A stretch of DNA of 64,000 nucleotides, from contig CAVPLM010000005.1 in the NCBI GenBank assembly GCA_963706025.1, positions 256,001 to 320,000 of the forward strand. The letters run 5' to 3'. The notes below the pieces were generated by a model. That model did not search any database. It saw nothing but the letters and a program-made list of their open reading frames with translations, and had not been told where the DNA came from. The stretch comes from an uncultured Actinomycetes bacterium. GTDB taxonomy: Bacteria; Actinomycetota; Thermoleophilia; RBG-16-64-13. Positions 48,640 through 59,990 of this stretch are shown piece by piece. Within the stretch, counting starts at the first letter, position 1, and each line of letters opens with the position of its first letter. The position numbers were made by a program, and so were the translations under genes.

Positions 48640-49871
48640 TGAAAGGTATCAGGAAGAAGTCGGGTTGGATCGTGCTGTTGTGTGTCCTGGGCTTGTTGGC
48701 CGCCGTCTTGGCGACCGGCTGCGGGGGTGAAGAGGCAGCGACTACTACTGCGCCATCCGGGGGATCGTCGACCTCCGCCGTCGCGCAGCCGACCGGGGAT
48801 CCGGTGGTGCTGGGCGCGATCGTCTCGGCGACAGGGCCCAACTCGGCCCTGGGCGAGCAAGAGCGCAACGTGCTCCAGATGATGGAGACCCAGGTGAACT
48901 CTGAAGGCGGAGTCCTGGGAAGACCGCTCAAGATCGTCATCGAAGACGACAAGACCGATGCCAAAGAGGCGGTGACCGCGGCCAATAAGCTGATCGACCA
49001 GGACAAGGCGGTGGCGCTCATCGCGGCCACCGGCTCCGCGTCGACTCTGGCCGTGAAGGAGATAACCGCGCAGAAGGGCCTACCTCAGATGGCCATGGCC
49101 GCGGCGAACGACATCACCGGCAAGGCTCCCATGGAGTGGATCTGGCGGACTCCGCACAAGGACGCGCTGGCAGTGGCCCGCGCCCTGACCTATATCTCGG
49201 AGGTCCTGAAGGCCAAGACCGTCGCCGTGCTGCACGATGAGAACGCCTTCGGGTCTTCGGGGGCCGCGGAGATCGAAAAGACGGCGGGTGACTATGGGCT
49301 CGAGCTCGTCGCCACCGAGTCCTACAAGACCGACGACACCGATCTGACCGCCCAGTTGACCAAGATCCGGGGCGCGAACCCCGAGGTCTTGATCGTGTGG
49401 GGCACGAACCCAGGTCCGGCTTTGGCTGCCAAGAACATGGCGCAGCTGGGCATGGAGATGCCGTACGTAGGTAGCCACGGCATCGCCAACAAGAAGTTCA
49501 TCGAGTTGGCAGGCGAGGCCGCCGAGGGAGTCGTGTTCCCTGCGGGCAGGCTCCTGGTCCCCAGCTCGATAACCGATCCCGCGCAGAAGGCCGTCACCGA
49601 CGCCTTCATAGAGCAGTATGAGGCGGCATACGGCGCGTCTCCGAACACCTTCGCCGGATATGCCTTCGAGGCCGTCCTCCTGCTGGTGAACGCGATCGAG
49701 AAGGCGGGTAGCACCGACCCGGCTGCCATACAGGCCGCGCTCAACCAGACCACTAACTTCGCCGGTCCCGACGGTTTCTACAATTACTCCGCGACCGATC
49801 ACGATGGCTTGAGGGCGGAAGACATGATCATGGTCAGGATCGAGGGCGGCACCTGGGTGTTGGCCGAGTAG
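48636..49871 (+). CDS. ABC transporter substrate-binding lipoprotein (LivK/Peripla_BP_6 family)
   Basis: Lipobox LATG|C, Thr/Ser linker, GGVLGRP, DTDLTAQLTKI. Confidence 0.9.
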   Translation: MMKGIRKKSGWIVLLCVLGLLAAVLATGCGGEEAATTTAPSGGSSTSAVAQPTGDPVVLGAIVSATGPNSALGEQERNVLQMMETQVNSEGGVLGRPLKIVIEDDKTDAKEAVTAANKLIDQDKAVALIAATGSASTLAVKEITAQKGLPQMAMAAANDITGKAPMEWIWRTPHKDALAVARALTYISEVLKAKTVAVLHDENAFGSSGAAEIEKTAGDYGLELVATESYKTDDTDLTAQLTKIRGANPEVLIVWGTNPGPALAAKNMAQLGMEMPYVGSHGIANKKFIELAGEAAEGVVFPAGRLLVPSSITDPAQKAVTDAFIEQYEAAYGASPNTFAGYAFEAVLLLVNAIEKAGSTDPAAIQAALNQTTNFAGPDGFYNYSATDHDGLRAEDMIMVRIEGGTWVLAE

Positions 49872-49888
49872 GAGCAGGGGAGAGCGGC

Positions 49889-50635
49889 GTGCTTGAGCTT
49901 CACGGGGTGAGGGCGGGGTACGGCAGGATCGAGGTCCTGCACGGCCTCGACCTCACCGTCGGAGAGGGCGAGATCATCACCATCATCGGTGCCAACGGCT
50001 CCGGCAAGAGCACTTTGCTCAAGGCGATCTCAGGCGTGGTGCGGATCTCGGGCGGCACCGTCGGCTTCGAAGGCGAACGCATCGATGCGCTGGGGGTCGA
50101 GAAGATAGTGTCTCGGAGGCTGATACAGATCCCCGAGGGCCGGCAGCTGTTCGGTCCGCTCACGGTGGAGGAGAATCTTGAGCTGGGTTCCTATTCGCGC
50201 CGGCGGAGCGGGTCTCCGCTCAAGGCACGGCTGGGGCGCGTGTTCGCGCTGTTCCCGCGATTGGAGGAACGTCTGGCCCAGCAGGCCGGCACCCTGTCCG
50301 GAGGTGAGCAGCAGATGCTGGCGATCGCCCGGGCACTGATGGCCGAGCCGCGCCTGCTTCTGCTGGACGAGCCGTCGATGGGCCTGGCGCCGATCATGGT
50401 CCGGGACATATTCACCAGTCTGCGGAGGCTGAATGAAGAGGGTCTGACCATGGTCCTTGTGGAGCAGGACGCCCGCATCGCCCTCAGCCTGGCGGACAGA
50501 GGCCTGGTGATGGAGCGAGGCAGGTTCGTACTTGAGGATGACGCCCAGGCTCTGCTCGAGAACCCCGACGTGCGGGCGATCTACTTCGGGCAGCAACGGG
50601 CGACCGGTCTTAGGCGCGGTCTGGAGAGCACATGA
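49889..50635 (+). CDS. livF: LIV-type ABC transporter ATPase
   Basis: GANGSGKST, PEGR, LSGGEQQMLAI, DEPSMGLAP. Confidence 0.92.
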   Translation: MLELHGVRAGYGRIEVLHGLDLTVGEGEIITIIGANGSGKSTLLKAISGVVRISGGTVGFEGERIDALGVEKIVSRRLIQIPEGRQLFGPLTVEENLELGSYSRRRSGSPLKARLGRVFALFPRLEERLAQQAGTLSGGEQQMLAIARALMAEPRLLLLDEPSMGLAPIMVRDIFTSLRRLNEEGLTMVLVEQDARIALSLADRGLVMERGRFVLEDDAQALLENPDVRAIYFGQQRATGLRRGLEST

Positions 50636-51953
50636 ACGAGATCTTTAACCCCGAATACGAGACCATGAGCAGAGAAGGACTGCGGGAGCTGCAGTTCAAG
50701 CGGCTGCAGATGACCGTTCGCTGGGTCTACGAGAACGTCCCCTTTCATCGGGAGCGCTGGACGGCGATGAAGCTCAAGCCGGCCGACGTGCGCTCGCTGG
50801 AGGACCTGCGAAAGCTGCCCTTCACCAGCAAAGCCGATTTCAAGGCCGCCTACCCCTACGGACTCTTCGCTCTGCCGCTAGAGAAAGTCATCCGCATCCA
50901 TGCCACTTCAGGCATGATGTCGAATCCTACGGTCGTGGGTTACAGCCGCGGGGACCTGAACACCTGGTCGGAGATCTGCGCCCGGGCGGCAGTGGCCGGC
51001 GGGGCCCGATTCCACGATGTCGCCCAGATCGCCTACGACTACGGGCTCACCACCGGAGGGTTCGGCATGCACGCCGGGCTCGAACGGGTCGGGGCGACGG
51101 TGATCCCAGCCTCGACGGGCAACACCCAGCGCCAACTGCACATCATGCGCGACTTCAAGACCACGGTCCTGGTCTGCACTCCGTCGTACGCCATGCACAT
51201 CGTGGAGGTGGCCGCCGAGCTGGGTACGACTTCAAGGACCTGCGCCTGCGGGTGGGCCTGTTCGGGGCGGAGCCCTGGACCAATCAGCTCCGGGACGAGC
51301 TGGAGAAGCGCACCGGGATATCGGCCTGCGACACGTACGGTCTCTCGGAGGTCATCGGCCCCGGCGTCTCCTACGAATGCTGGAACAAGGACGGATTGCA
51401 CGTGAACGAGGACCACTTCTTGGTCGAGGTGGTCGATCCGGCCACCGGGGAGCCGGTGCCGGACGGCAAGGAGGGCGAGCTCGTCTTCACGTCGCTTACC
51501 AAGGAGGCGCTGCCCGTGATCCGGTATCGCACAGGCGACCTGGCGAGCCTGAGCAACCGCCCCTGCGCCTGCGGGCGGATGTTCGCCCGGCACAGCAAGG
51601 TCTACGCGCGGTCTGACGACATGCTCATAATCCGCGGTATCAACGTCTATCCTTCCCAGGTGGAAGCGGTGCTTCTGGATATCGAGAAGGTGGAGCCGCA
51701 CTATCAGATCGTGCTCTATCGCGAAGGGGCTCTCGACCAGATGGAGGTCCAGATCGAGGTGACGCCCTCGTTCCTCCCGGATGCCGTCAAGGAGCTCCAG
51801 GGGTTCCAGCAGCACGTCGAGGAACGTCTGCGTCAGGAGCTGGGCATCCGTCCCCGGGTGCGTCTGGTCGAGCCCAAGACCATCCCCCGCTCCACCGGGA
51901 AGGCAAAGAGAGTGATCGACAATCGGGGCCCGATTCGCGGTCCGGCGACGTAG
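50632..51953 (+). CDS. paaK: Phenylacetate-CoA ligase family protein, 1-nt frameshift at ~51224
   Basis: LPFT.K, YPYG, YGLTTGG.G.H; second frame GAEPW, YGLSE, RYRTGD, RSDDMLIIRG.NVYP, GKAKRV. Confidence 0.85.
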
Positions 51954-52064
51954 AGGCCGGGCAGGCGGCGAATGGGTGTCGACCTGGGCTTCTGATACAC
52001 TGCCGGGACGATAGTGATCCGCCGGGCCCCGCCCGGTTGTGCGGCCATTGCTCTGGAGGTCAAT

Positions 52065-53276
52065 GTGGAAAACCATGAGTTCCTGTTCACGTCGGAGTCG
52101 GTGAGCGAAGGTCATCCCGACAAGATCGCCGATCAGATCTCCGACGCGGTCCTGGACGCGGTGTTGAAGGACGATCCGCAGGGCCACGTGGCCTGTGAGA
52201 CCCTGATCACCACCGGTCTGGTGGTGGTCTCGGGCGAGATCACCACAGAGACCTACGTGGACGTGCCGGTCGTGGTGCGCAACACCATCGAGCGCATCGG
52301 CTACACCCGGGCCAAGTACGGCTTCGATGCCAACACCTGTGGGGTGATAACCACCATCCACGATCAATCGCCGGATATCGCCCAGGGCGTCCAGGCTGCC
52401 CTGGAGTGCCGTGTCGACCCTCAGGACCGCGATGCGCTCGATTGCCAGGGTGCCGGCGACCAGGGGATGATGTTCGGCTACGCGTGCCGCGACACCGACG
52501 AGCTTATGCCCATGCCGATCCTGCTGGCCCACCGGCTGGTCCATCGCATGAGCGAGGTGCGTAAGGGCGCCGTCTTGCCCTACCTGCGCCCCGACGGCAA
52601 GAGCCAGGTGACGGTCAGATACGCCGACGGCAAGCCCCAGTTCATCACAGCGGTCGTCGTGTCGACTCAACATATGGACGGCGTCGATATCGACACCCTG
52701 CTCAGGCCCGACCTCATCGAACACGTCATCCGGCCGGTACTGCCGGAGGGGCTGTACGACCCCGAGTTCAAGAAGACCACGCTGTACGTGAACCCGACGG
52801 GCAAGTTCGTCATCGGCGGGCCCATGGGCGACACCGGCCTAACGGGTCGCAAGATCATTGTGGATACGTATGGTGGTTTCGGCCGTCACGGCGGGGGCGC
52901 CTTCTCTGGGAAAGACCCGTCGAAGGTCGACCGCTCCGGCGCTTACGCGGCTCGCTACGTGGCCAAGAACATCGTGAAGGCGGGGTTGGCGGATCGTTGC
53001 GAGGTCCAGATCGCCTACGCTATCGGAGTGGCTCACCCGGTCAGCGTCATGGTCGACTGTTTTGGGACCGAGCGGGTAAGCCAGGCGACGATCCAAGAGC
53101 TGGTGCACAGTCATTTCGACCTGCGGCCCGCGGCCATCATCCGCGATCTGAGGCTGCTCAGGCCCATCTACGAGAAGACCGCCGCTTACGGCCATTTCGG
53201 CCGCGAAGACGCCGATTTCACCTGGGAGAGCACCGACAAGGCGGATGCCCTCCGCCGGGACGCCGGTCTGGAATAG
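52065..53276 (+). CDS. metK: S-adenosylmethionine synthetase
   Basis: [34 protein letters not shown]; RBS GGAGG. Confidence 0.98.
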   Translation: MENHEFLFTSESVSEGHPDKIADQISDAVLDAVLKDDPQGHVACETLITTGLVVVSGEITTETYVDVPVVVRNTIERIGYTRAKYGFDANTCGVITTIHDQSPDIAQGVQAALECRVDPQDRDALDCQGAGDQGMMFGYACRDTDELMPMPILLAHRLVHRMSEVRKGAVLPYLRPDGKSQVTVRYADGKPQFITAVVVSTQHMDGVDIDTLLRPDLIEHVIRPVLPEGLYDPEFKKTTLYVNPTGKFVIGGPMGDTGLTGRKIIVDTYGGFGRHGGGAFSGKDPSKVDRSGAYAARYVAKNIVKAGLADRCEVQIAYAIGVAHPVSVMVDCFGTERVSQATIQELVHSHFDLRPAAIIRDLRLLRPIYEKTAAYGHFGREDADFTWESTDKADALRRDAGLE

Positions 53277-53336
53277 CGGGATCCTCCCGATCTCCGTACC
53301 GCGCGCTTGCGGTCGAACAGCAAGCTGGAGGAGAGG

Positions 53337-55557
53337 GTGGCGCCGCCTTTGACGACAGAAGGCGGGAATGTGGTCCAGTTGGTTCCTCTGCTGAAGCTCC
53401 GCCACCTGGGCGACCGTCGCTTCGACTACCTGGTGCCGGCTGCACTGGCGGAGCGCGTTCAGGTCGGAGCGATAGTGACCGCGCCCTTCGGGCGCCGGCT
53501 GGTACGCGCCGTGGTGGTGGAAGAGAGCGGCTGCGGGGAGATGGACGCGGCCGGCCTCCGCTCCATCGAGGCGGTGGCCGACGAACGGGTGCCCGCACAA
53601 CTGCTCGATCTCGCCGGCGTCCTCGCGGAGAGGTATCTATCCTCGTTCGAATCGTGCCTGCGGTTGATGGTCCCCCCAGGGCTTGGTGCCCCTGAGAAGA
53701 CGGCCCTGACGCCGCGGAAGTCATGGGTGGTCCGACTTGCGGACGTGGGCTCTGGATCGGCTCAGGGGCGGGTGACTCCCAAGCAGCAGACGCTCTTGGA
53801 CGCCATCCCCGCGGGGGGTATCGCCATTCGTGGGTTGTGTGAGCAGGTGGGAGTGGGGCGGGGGGTCCTGCAGACGCTGGTCGCCAAGGGCTTGGTGGAG
53901 CTGCGCGAGGCGAGCGCGTCTGATCGGCCGGAGCCGATCGCCGGGATCCCGAGTGCCGCCGTGATCCCGCGGCTGGGCCTCGAACAGGAAGAGGCGGTGC
54001 GGCACCTACTGACTGCTTTCGAGACCCCCGGTTTCAGCCGCTATCTATTGTGGGGGGTGACAGGGAGCGGAAAGACCGAGGTCTACCTTCGTCTGCTCGA
54101 ACGAGTCCTCGAGCAGCGCGCGGGTGCGATCCTCCTGGTGCCCGAGATCGCGCTAACCCCGCAGATGATCGAGCGGGTGCGAGAGCGATTCGGTACTCGG
54201 GTGGGGGTGCTTCACAGCGGCCTTCCCAGGGGTGAGCGGGTCCGAGAATACCGGCGGATCGCCGGCGGCCAGGCCGCAATCGTCGTGGGGGCTCGTTCGG
54301 CCGTTTTCGCGCCGGTGCGGGATCTGCGCCTGATCATCATCGACGAGGCGCACGACGGCTCTTACAAACAGGAGGAAGAGCCACGCTATCACGCCGCCAC
54401 TGTGGCTCGGATGCGCCTGGAGCCGTTGGACGGACTGCTCCTGGAAGGGAGCGCGACCCCGTCGGTGGAGAGCATGCAGGAAGCCGGGGCGCGCCTGCGG
54501 CTGTCGCAGCGCGCCGCCGGGACGCAGCCGGTCTGCGAAGTGGTCGACATGCGCCGCCAAGGGGCCGGCCAGCTTCTCGCTCCTGTTTCGCGGGAAGCCC
54601 TGGCGGAGACGCTTCGACGTGGCGAGCAGGCCATCGTGCTCCTCAATCGCCGGGGTTATGCCGGGCACGTGCACTGCGATCTCTGCGGCCACGTGATGAT
54701 GTGCGAGGAGTGCGAGCTCTCGCTGACTTTTCACAAGCGGGTCCGGCGACTGCTCTGTCATCAGTGCGGACGGGCCTACGAACAGCCGGTCCTCTGTCCT
54801 TCGTGTGGGCGGGCGCCGTTGACGCGCTCGTCGCCGGGGACCGAGCGGCTGGACCAGGAACTGCGGGCCTTGGTCCCGCGCGAGCAGGTGTTCCGGATGG
54901 ATTCCGATATCCTCACCAGCGGCAACGCGGGTCAGCGGCATACTGCACGCCTTCGCAGGCGCCCGGCCCGGCGTCTTGGTCGGGACCCAGATGGTGGCCA
55001 AGGGACACGATTTCCCCGACGTGACGCTCGTGTTGGTGGCCGACGCCGATACCGGGCTCTATATGCCAGATTTTCGCGCTGCTGAGCGCACGTTCCAGTT
55101 GCTTACCCAGGTAGCGGGCCGGGCCGGACGCTCGGACAGGCCGGGACGGGTCCTGGTGCAAACCTGGAATCCGGATGTACCGTGTATTAGAATGGCGCTG
55201 GAGCGGGATGAACAGGCTTTCTATCGGGAAGAGCTCCAAGCGAGGGAACGCCTTGGCTACCCTCCGTTCATGGAACTCATTCGCCTGACGACGGTGGCCG
55301 CCGACGCGGAGCGGGCTCACGTGGGCGCTCGGTACCTCGCAGAGCGGCTGGCTCCGCACTTCTCCGCCCGAGAACTGCGGGGACCGGCACGGCTGCCGGT
55401 CATACGAGGCCGGAACAGGTGGCACCTGCTGGTGGCCTCGAGCGAAGGCGAGAGGGCGCGGGCGATAGTGGGTGAGGCCATGGCCCAGCTCGGAGAGCCA
55501 TATCGACGGCGAGGGGTGACTCTGTTGGTGGATGTCGACCCGCAGTCTTTCAGTTGA
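53337..55557 (+). CDS. priA: Primosomal protein N', 1-nt frameshift at ~54924
   Basis: GVTGSGKTE, DEAH, LNRRG, four CxxC; second frame GTQMVAKG, QVAGRAGR. Confidence 0.93.
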
Positions 55558-55585
55558 GGCGGCGGAGGGCACGATCGAGGTCTGG

Positions 55586-56140
55586 ATGAGCAAGCCAAAA
55601 GCGATCCCGCGAACCAGTTCCGCCCGGCAGACGCCGCTCGAGAGTCTCCGCACCTTCGGCGACCCAGTCCTCAAACAAGGGACCCGCCCGGTCACCGTGT
55701 TCGATTCGCGGTTGCAGAGGCTCGCGGCAATGATGTTCGAGGTGATGGAACGCGAGGAAGGCGTCGGCCTGGCGGCTCCTCAGGTCGGTACGCTGACCCG
55801 GATGATGGTTTGGAAGCATCCCGAGGGCGAATCGGAGCGGTACGTATACGTGAATCCACGGATCGTGGGGCAGTCCGAAACGTGTTGCACCGAGCCGGAA
55901 GGGTGTCTCTCTGTTCCCGGCGCCACTGTGGAGGTGACTCGCGCGGAAGAGGTCGACGTCGAAGCCCAGGATCTGAAGGGGACGACCTTCCAAGTCCACC
56001 TCACCGGGCTGCTGGCGCGGATCGTGCAGCACGAGGTAGACCACCTCGACGGCCGTTTGATCCTGGACCGGACCTCGCCCGAAGAACGGCGGCGGGTGCT
56101 GAAGGAGCTTCGTGAACGGGCGCTGGCCGGCGACCCGTGA
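55586..56140 (+). CDS. def: Peptide deformylase
   Basis: GVGLAAPQ, EGCLS, HEVDHLDG. Confidence 0.97.
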   Translation: MSKPKAIPRTSSARQTPLESLRTFGDPVLKQGTRPVTVFDSRLQRLAAMMFEVMEREEGVGLAAPQVGTLTRMMVWKHPEGESERYVYVNPRIVGQSETCCTEPEGCLSVPGATVEVTRAEEVDVEAQDLKGTTFQVHLTGLLARIVQHEVDHLDGRLILDRTSPEERRRVLKELRERALAGDP

Positions 56141-57123
56141 AATACGCCTTTGCCGGGACCCCTGAGTTCGCCGCCTGGGTGCTGGCGCATCTGGTCGCTC
56201 TTGGGCGGCGGCCGGCGATGGTCATCTCTCAGCCGGACCGGCCCCGGGGCCGGGGACGCAGGGCGGCGGCCCCGCCGGTGGTGGTCGAAGCGGAGCGGCT
56301 CGGTCTTGACTGCCTGCAGGAAGCGGACATCAACGACCCGGACGTTGTCACTCGCCTGGAAGCGGCCGGGGTCGGGACCTTGGTCGTCGCCGGATTCGGG
56401 CAGATGCTGCGGCAGCACCTGCTCGATTCACTGCGGTGCCTTAACGTTCACGCTTCACTCCTGCCCGCATACCGTGGTGCCGCACCCATCGAGCGCGCGC
56501 TGGCGGCCGGAGAGCCGAATATCGGGGTCAGCATCATGAGGATGGTGGAAGGTCTGGACGAAGGTCCTTGGGCCCTGCAGAGCTCGGTCTGCGTTGGGCT
56601 GCGAGACGATGCCGGCTCCGTCGCACGCGTCCTGGCGGTGCTGGGAGCCTGCGGGGTGGACCAGGTTCTGACCGGCCTGGCCGACGGCACTATCTCGTGG
56701 ACCGAGCAGCGGGGCGTCCCCACCTACGCCGCCAAGTTAGGTCCGTCCGACCAGCTACTGGACACTCTCCAGGACGCCAGGGTCGTGCACGACCAAGTCC
56801 GGTCGCTGAGCCCTGGCGTCGGGGCACGCGCGGAGGCTGCGGGCATGGGACTCAAGATCTGGCGGACGTGGCCTTATGGAGAGCCGGGACTGGATCCGGC
56901 GCCCGGCCCGGCGGCAGCCGTCTCGGGGGACCCGGGCAGACTGAAGATCTGGGGCGATAGGCTTTTCGTCGGGTGTGCGTCGGGAATGGTGGAGGTCCTG
57001 CTCATACAGCCGGCCGGGAAGGGCAAGATGCCCGCCGCCGACTTCCTCCGCGGCTACGCCAAACGCCTGGGCGAGCGGCTGGAACTGCCCCCTATCCAGG
57101 AGCCCCCATCCCGGCTTGAGTAG
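56137..57123 (+). CDS. fmt: Methionyl-tRNA formyltransferase
   Basis: FAGTPEF, QPDRP, NVHASLLP.YRGAAP. Confidence 0.96.
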   Translation: MKYAFAGTPEFAAWVLAHLVALGRRPAMVISQPDRPRGRGRRAAAPPVVVEAERLGLDCLQEADINDPDVVTRLEAAGVGTLVVAGFGQMLRQHLLDSLRCLNVHASLLPAYRGAAPIERALAAGEPNIGVSIMRMVEGLDEGPWALQSSVCVGLRDDAGSVARVLAVLGACGVDQVLTGLADGTISWTEQRGVPTYAAKLGPSDQLLDTLQDARVVHDQVRSLSPGVGARAEAAGMGLKIWRTWPYGEPGLDPAPGPAAAVSGDPGRLKIWGDRLFVGCASGMVEVLLIQPAGKGKMPAADFLRGYAKRLGERLELPPIQEPPSRLE

Positions 57124-57131
57124 GAGCTGAC

Positions 57132-57821
57132 ATGCCCGTACCCTCTTCCGTCTATACGGAGCTTCATCTTCTCCCCTCGATCCTTTCAGCCGATTTCTCT
57201 CGCCTGGGTGAGCAAGTATCCCTGGTGATGGACGCGGGAGTGCGGATGATCCACGTGGACGTCATGGACGGGCACTTCGTGCCCAACATCACCATTGGGC
57301 CGGTGGTGGTCGAGGCAGTCGCTCCCTTGGTGCACGAGCGAGGCGGCCTCCTCTCGGTACATCTGATGATCGAGAGACCGGAGGACTACCTGGAGGAATT
57401 CGTCCGAGCGGGCGCCGACGCGATCAGTGTTCATGTGGAGACGTGCCCTCATCTCTATCACGCCGTCCAGAGCATCAAGCGACTCGGCGCGGGGGCGGGG
57501 GTGGCCATCAATCCTGGTACCGAGTTGGACCGGGTCGAGGCCATCGTGCCGTTCGTGGACTACGCGCTGGTCATGACCGTCAATCCCGGGTTCGGAGGAC
57601 AGCGGTCCATCGCGTCCGCCATGGACAAGGTAGCGCCTCTGAGGCAGATGATGCCCGCCGGGACGGCTATCGAAGTGGACGGCGGGATCCATGACGGTAA
57701 CATCAGGCAGATGGTGGAAGCTGGGGCCAATTGGCTGGTGGCGGGATCGGCCGTGTTCGGGGCTGCAGACGTGGGAGCCGAGGCGCGAAGGCTGCGGGGC
57801 CTGATGACAGTTCAAGCGTAG
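57132..57821 (+). CDS. rpe: Ribulose-phosphate 3-epimerase
   Basis: PSILSADF, HVDVMDGHFVPN, MTVNPGFGGQ, VDGGI. Confidence 0.97.
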   Translation: MPVPSSVYTELHLLPSILSADFSRLGEQVSLVMDAGVRMIHVDVMDGHFVPNITIGPVVVEAVAPLVHERGGLLSVHLMIERPEDYLEEFVRAGADAISVHVETCPHLYHAVQSIKRLGAGAGVAINPGTELDRVEAIVPFVDYALVMTVNPGFGGQRSIASAMDKVAPLRQMMPAGTAIEVDGGIHDGNIRQMVEAGANWLVAGSAVFGAADVGAEARRLRGLMTVQA

Positions 57822-57866
57822 CTGTGGTAGATTCTCTTTCGTAGAATCTGAAGCGAACCAAGATTT

Positions 57867-57978
57867 GGTCTTCGGGGTCGGGTGAGATTCCCTACCGGCG
57901 GTGACAGCCCGCGAGCCGGATATGGCAGACCAGGTGGGATTCCTGGGCCGACAGTGAAAGTCTGGAAGAGAGAAGACC
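57867..57978 (+). ncRNA. FMN riboswitch (RFN element)
   Basis: P1 GGTCTTC/GAAGACC; GGGTGAGATTCCCTACCGGCGGT, GCCGACAGT, AGTCTGGA..AGAGAAG motifs; upstream of rib operon. Confidence 0.96.
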
Positions 57979-58002
57979 GGAGCGGCCTGCCTGCGCTCCC
58001 TC

Positions 58003-58036
58003 GACCCCTGGGCCTTGGGCTGAGGGGTTTTGTTTT
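58003..58036 (+). terminator. Riboswitch expression-platform hairpin with U-tract, containing the ribD RBS
   Basis: ACCCCT..GCC/GGC..AGGGGT followed by TTTTGTTTT. Confidence 0.7.
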
Positions 58037-59213
58037 GGTCTCAGGCGAACGGGACACGATCTTCATGGAACAGGCCCTGGCCCTGGCCGAAAAGGGTCAG
58101 GGTCAGGCCAGTCCCAACCCGCTGGTGGGCGCGGTGATCGTGAGTGGGGACCGGATCATCGGCGAGGGCTATCATGCCGGTCCCTGGCGGGACCACGCCG
58201 AGATCGACGCTATGAAGGATGCGCTTCGCCGGGCCGGCGGGTTGGAAGGGGACCCTGGGGATGGGCCGGCGCCGCTTTCCGGCGAAGTGCTCGCAGGGAC
58301 CACCATGTACGTGACCCTCGAGCCCTGTTGCACGTACGGCCGGACCCCCCCCTGCACGTCGGCGCTGATAGCCGCCGGTTTCGGCCGGGTCGTCGTGGGT
58401 GCTGTCGACCCTTCCCCGGAGGTCAACGGCCGGGGGTTGGAGCGATTGCGTGAGGCCGGGATCCAGGTGGATCTGGCCGAGGGTGAGCTGGCCCGGCGCC
58501 TCAAGCGGCAGAACAACGGGCTGCGAAAATCGGTGGCCACAGGCCTTCCCTTCGTCACCTACAAGTATGCGATGACTCTGGATGGCCGGGTGGCCACCGA
58601 CACGGGCGACTCGCGTTGGATCTCAGGCCCCGAGAGCCGGAAGTTGGTGCACCGCTGGCGGGCCTGGTCGGATGCGGTGTTGGTGGGCACCGGGACTCTG
58701 CGGAGAGACGACCCTTCTCTTACAGCGCGTGCAGTGGCGTGCCGGCGGCAGCCACTGCGCGTGGCGATAGACTCCGAGCTGGCCATCACGGTGGAAGCCG
58801 CCCTTGTGAAGACGGCCGGCGAAGGACCGGTGCTGTTGATCTGCGGGCCGGAGGTCACCGCGGCCCGGCGGGCGGAAGTAGAGGCATGGGGAGTGGAGAC
58901 GGCGGTAACTACGAGAGACGGGGTAGGGAGGCTCGGGCCCGAGGCCGTGGCGCGCCTACTGGCGGCGCGTGGTGTGCAGACGGTCCTGATGGAAGGCGGA
59001 CCGCGGCTGGCCGGGTCCTGGTGGGCCGCCGGCTTGATCGACAAGGTCGCGACCTTCGTCTGCCCCCAGCTCGTCTCGGGCCTCGAGAACCACGCGCCCC
59101 TGATCGGCGCTGGGTCGCAAGCTATCACGGACTGCGTGGAGCTCAGGGAGATCGAGGTGGAGCGCATCGGGTCCGACGTGCTCATCTCAGGCTACTCAAA
59201 GGAACCATTCTGA
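58035..59213 (+). CDS. ribD: Riboflavin biosynthesis deaminase/reductase
   Basis: PNPLVGAV, HAE, VTLEPC..GRTPPC, TLDGRVA, MEGG; TTG start inferred from RBS GAGGGG. Confidence 0.95.
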   Translation: MVSGERDTIFMEQALALAEKGQGQASPNPLVGAVIVSGDRIIGEGYHAGPWRDHAEIDAMKDALRRAGGLEGDPGDGPAPLSGEVLAGTTMYVTLEPCCTYGRTPPCTSALIAAGFGRVVVGAVDPSPEVNGRGLERLREAGIQVDLAEGELARRLKRQNNGLRKSVATGLPFVTYKYAMTLDGRVATDTGDSRWISGPESRKLVHRWRAWSDAVLVGTGTLRRDDPSLTARAVACRRQPLRVAIDSELAITVEAALVKTAGEGPVLLICGPEVTAARRAEVEAWGVETAVTTRDGVGRLGPEAVARLLAARGVQTVLMEGGPRLAGSWWAAGLIDKVATFVCPQLVSGLENHAPLIGAGSQAITDCVELREIEVERIGSDVLISGYSKEPF

Positions 59214-59926
59214 TGTTCACGGGACTGGTGGAAGAGGTGGGAACCGTCAAGGGTCTCGAGCGGAGAGGGGATGGGGGCCGGTTGAGCATCAGGGCTCACC
59301 GGGTGATAGCCGGGACTCGCGTGGGAGATTCCATCGCGGTGAGTGGCGCGTGCCTGACGGTGGTCGAGACGCGCAGTGACGGCTTCGTGGTCGACTGCAT
59401 CGCCGAGACTCTTTCTCACACCACTCTGGGTGGGATCAGGACCGGGACCGAGGTGAATCTCGAACGCTCCCTGTCGTTCGGGGGGCGTCTTGGGGGACAT
59501 CTGGTCCTGGGGCACGTGGACGCAGTGGCGGAGATCCTCTCTGTGACGCAGGGGAGCCAGTCCTGGGATCTGCGGGTCTCGCTCCCCGAAGCAGTGCGGG
59601 GCTGCGTCGCCCCCAAGGGCTCGATCGCCCTCGACGGGATCTCGCTCACGGTGGTGGATGCGGATGGGGAGAGCTTCACGGTGGGCATCATCCCCCACAG
59701 TCTACGCGAAACGACTTTACGCAATGTAAAGACAGGCCTGCGGGTCAATGTGGAAGCAGATGTTTTGGCCAGGTATGTTCTTGGGGCTTTGCAGGTGTTA
59801 CAGGAGCAGACGGTCTCGGATAGGAGCCAGGCCCCCTCGGTTGGTGGAGGCGGGTCGTCCGGGCCTGGACCGCGACGTGAAGGTGGTTTGACAGAGGAAC
59901 TGCTGCGCGATCACGGGTTCGCATGA
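59213..59926 (+). CDS. ribE: Riboflavin synthase
   Basis: [42 protein letters not shown]. Confidence 0.96.
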   Translation: MFTGLVEEVGTVKGLERRGDGGRLSIRAHRVIAGTRVGDSIAVSGACLTVVETRSDGFVVDCIAETLSHTTLGGIRTGTEVNLERSLSFGGRLGGHLVLGHVDAVAEILSVTQGSQSWDLRVSLPEAVRGCVAPKGSIALDGISLTVVDADGESFTVGIIPHSLRETTLRNVKTGLRVNVEADVLARYVLGALQVLQEQTVSDRSQAPSVGGGGSSGPGPRREGGLTEELLRDHGFA

Positions 59927-59990
59927 TGGTAGACGGGAAACAAGACGCGACGCACGGGAGGCTCGCTGTGTGGCGCGGGGGAGGATATCG

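Noticed and set aside
51954-52064. SAM riboswitch upstream of metK
   Set aside because: Only GC hairpins; no SAM-I or SMK signature recognised.
53645-53658. GTTCGAATCGTGCC similar to the tRNA T-loop/3' end (possible att site)
   Set aside because: Short, mismatched, inside priA coding sequence; no integrase in the window.
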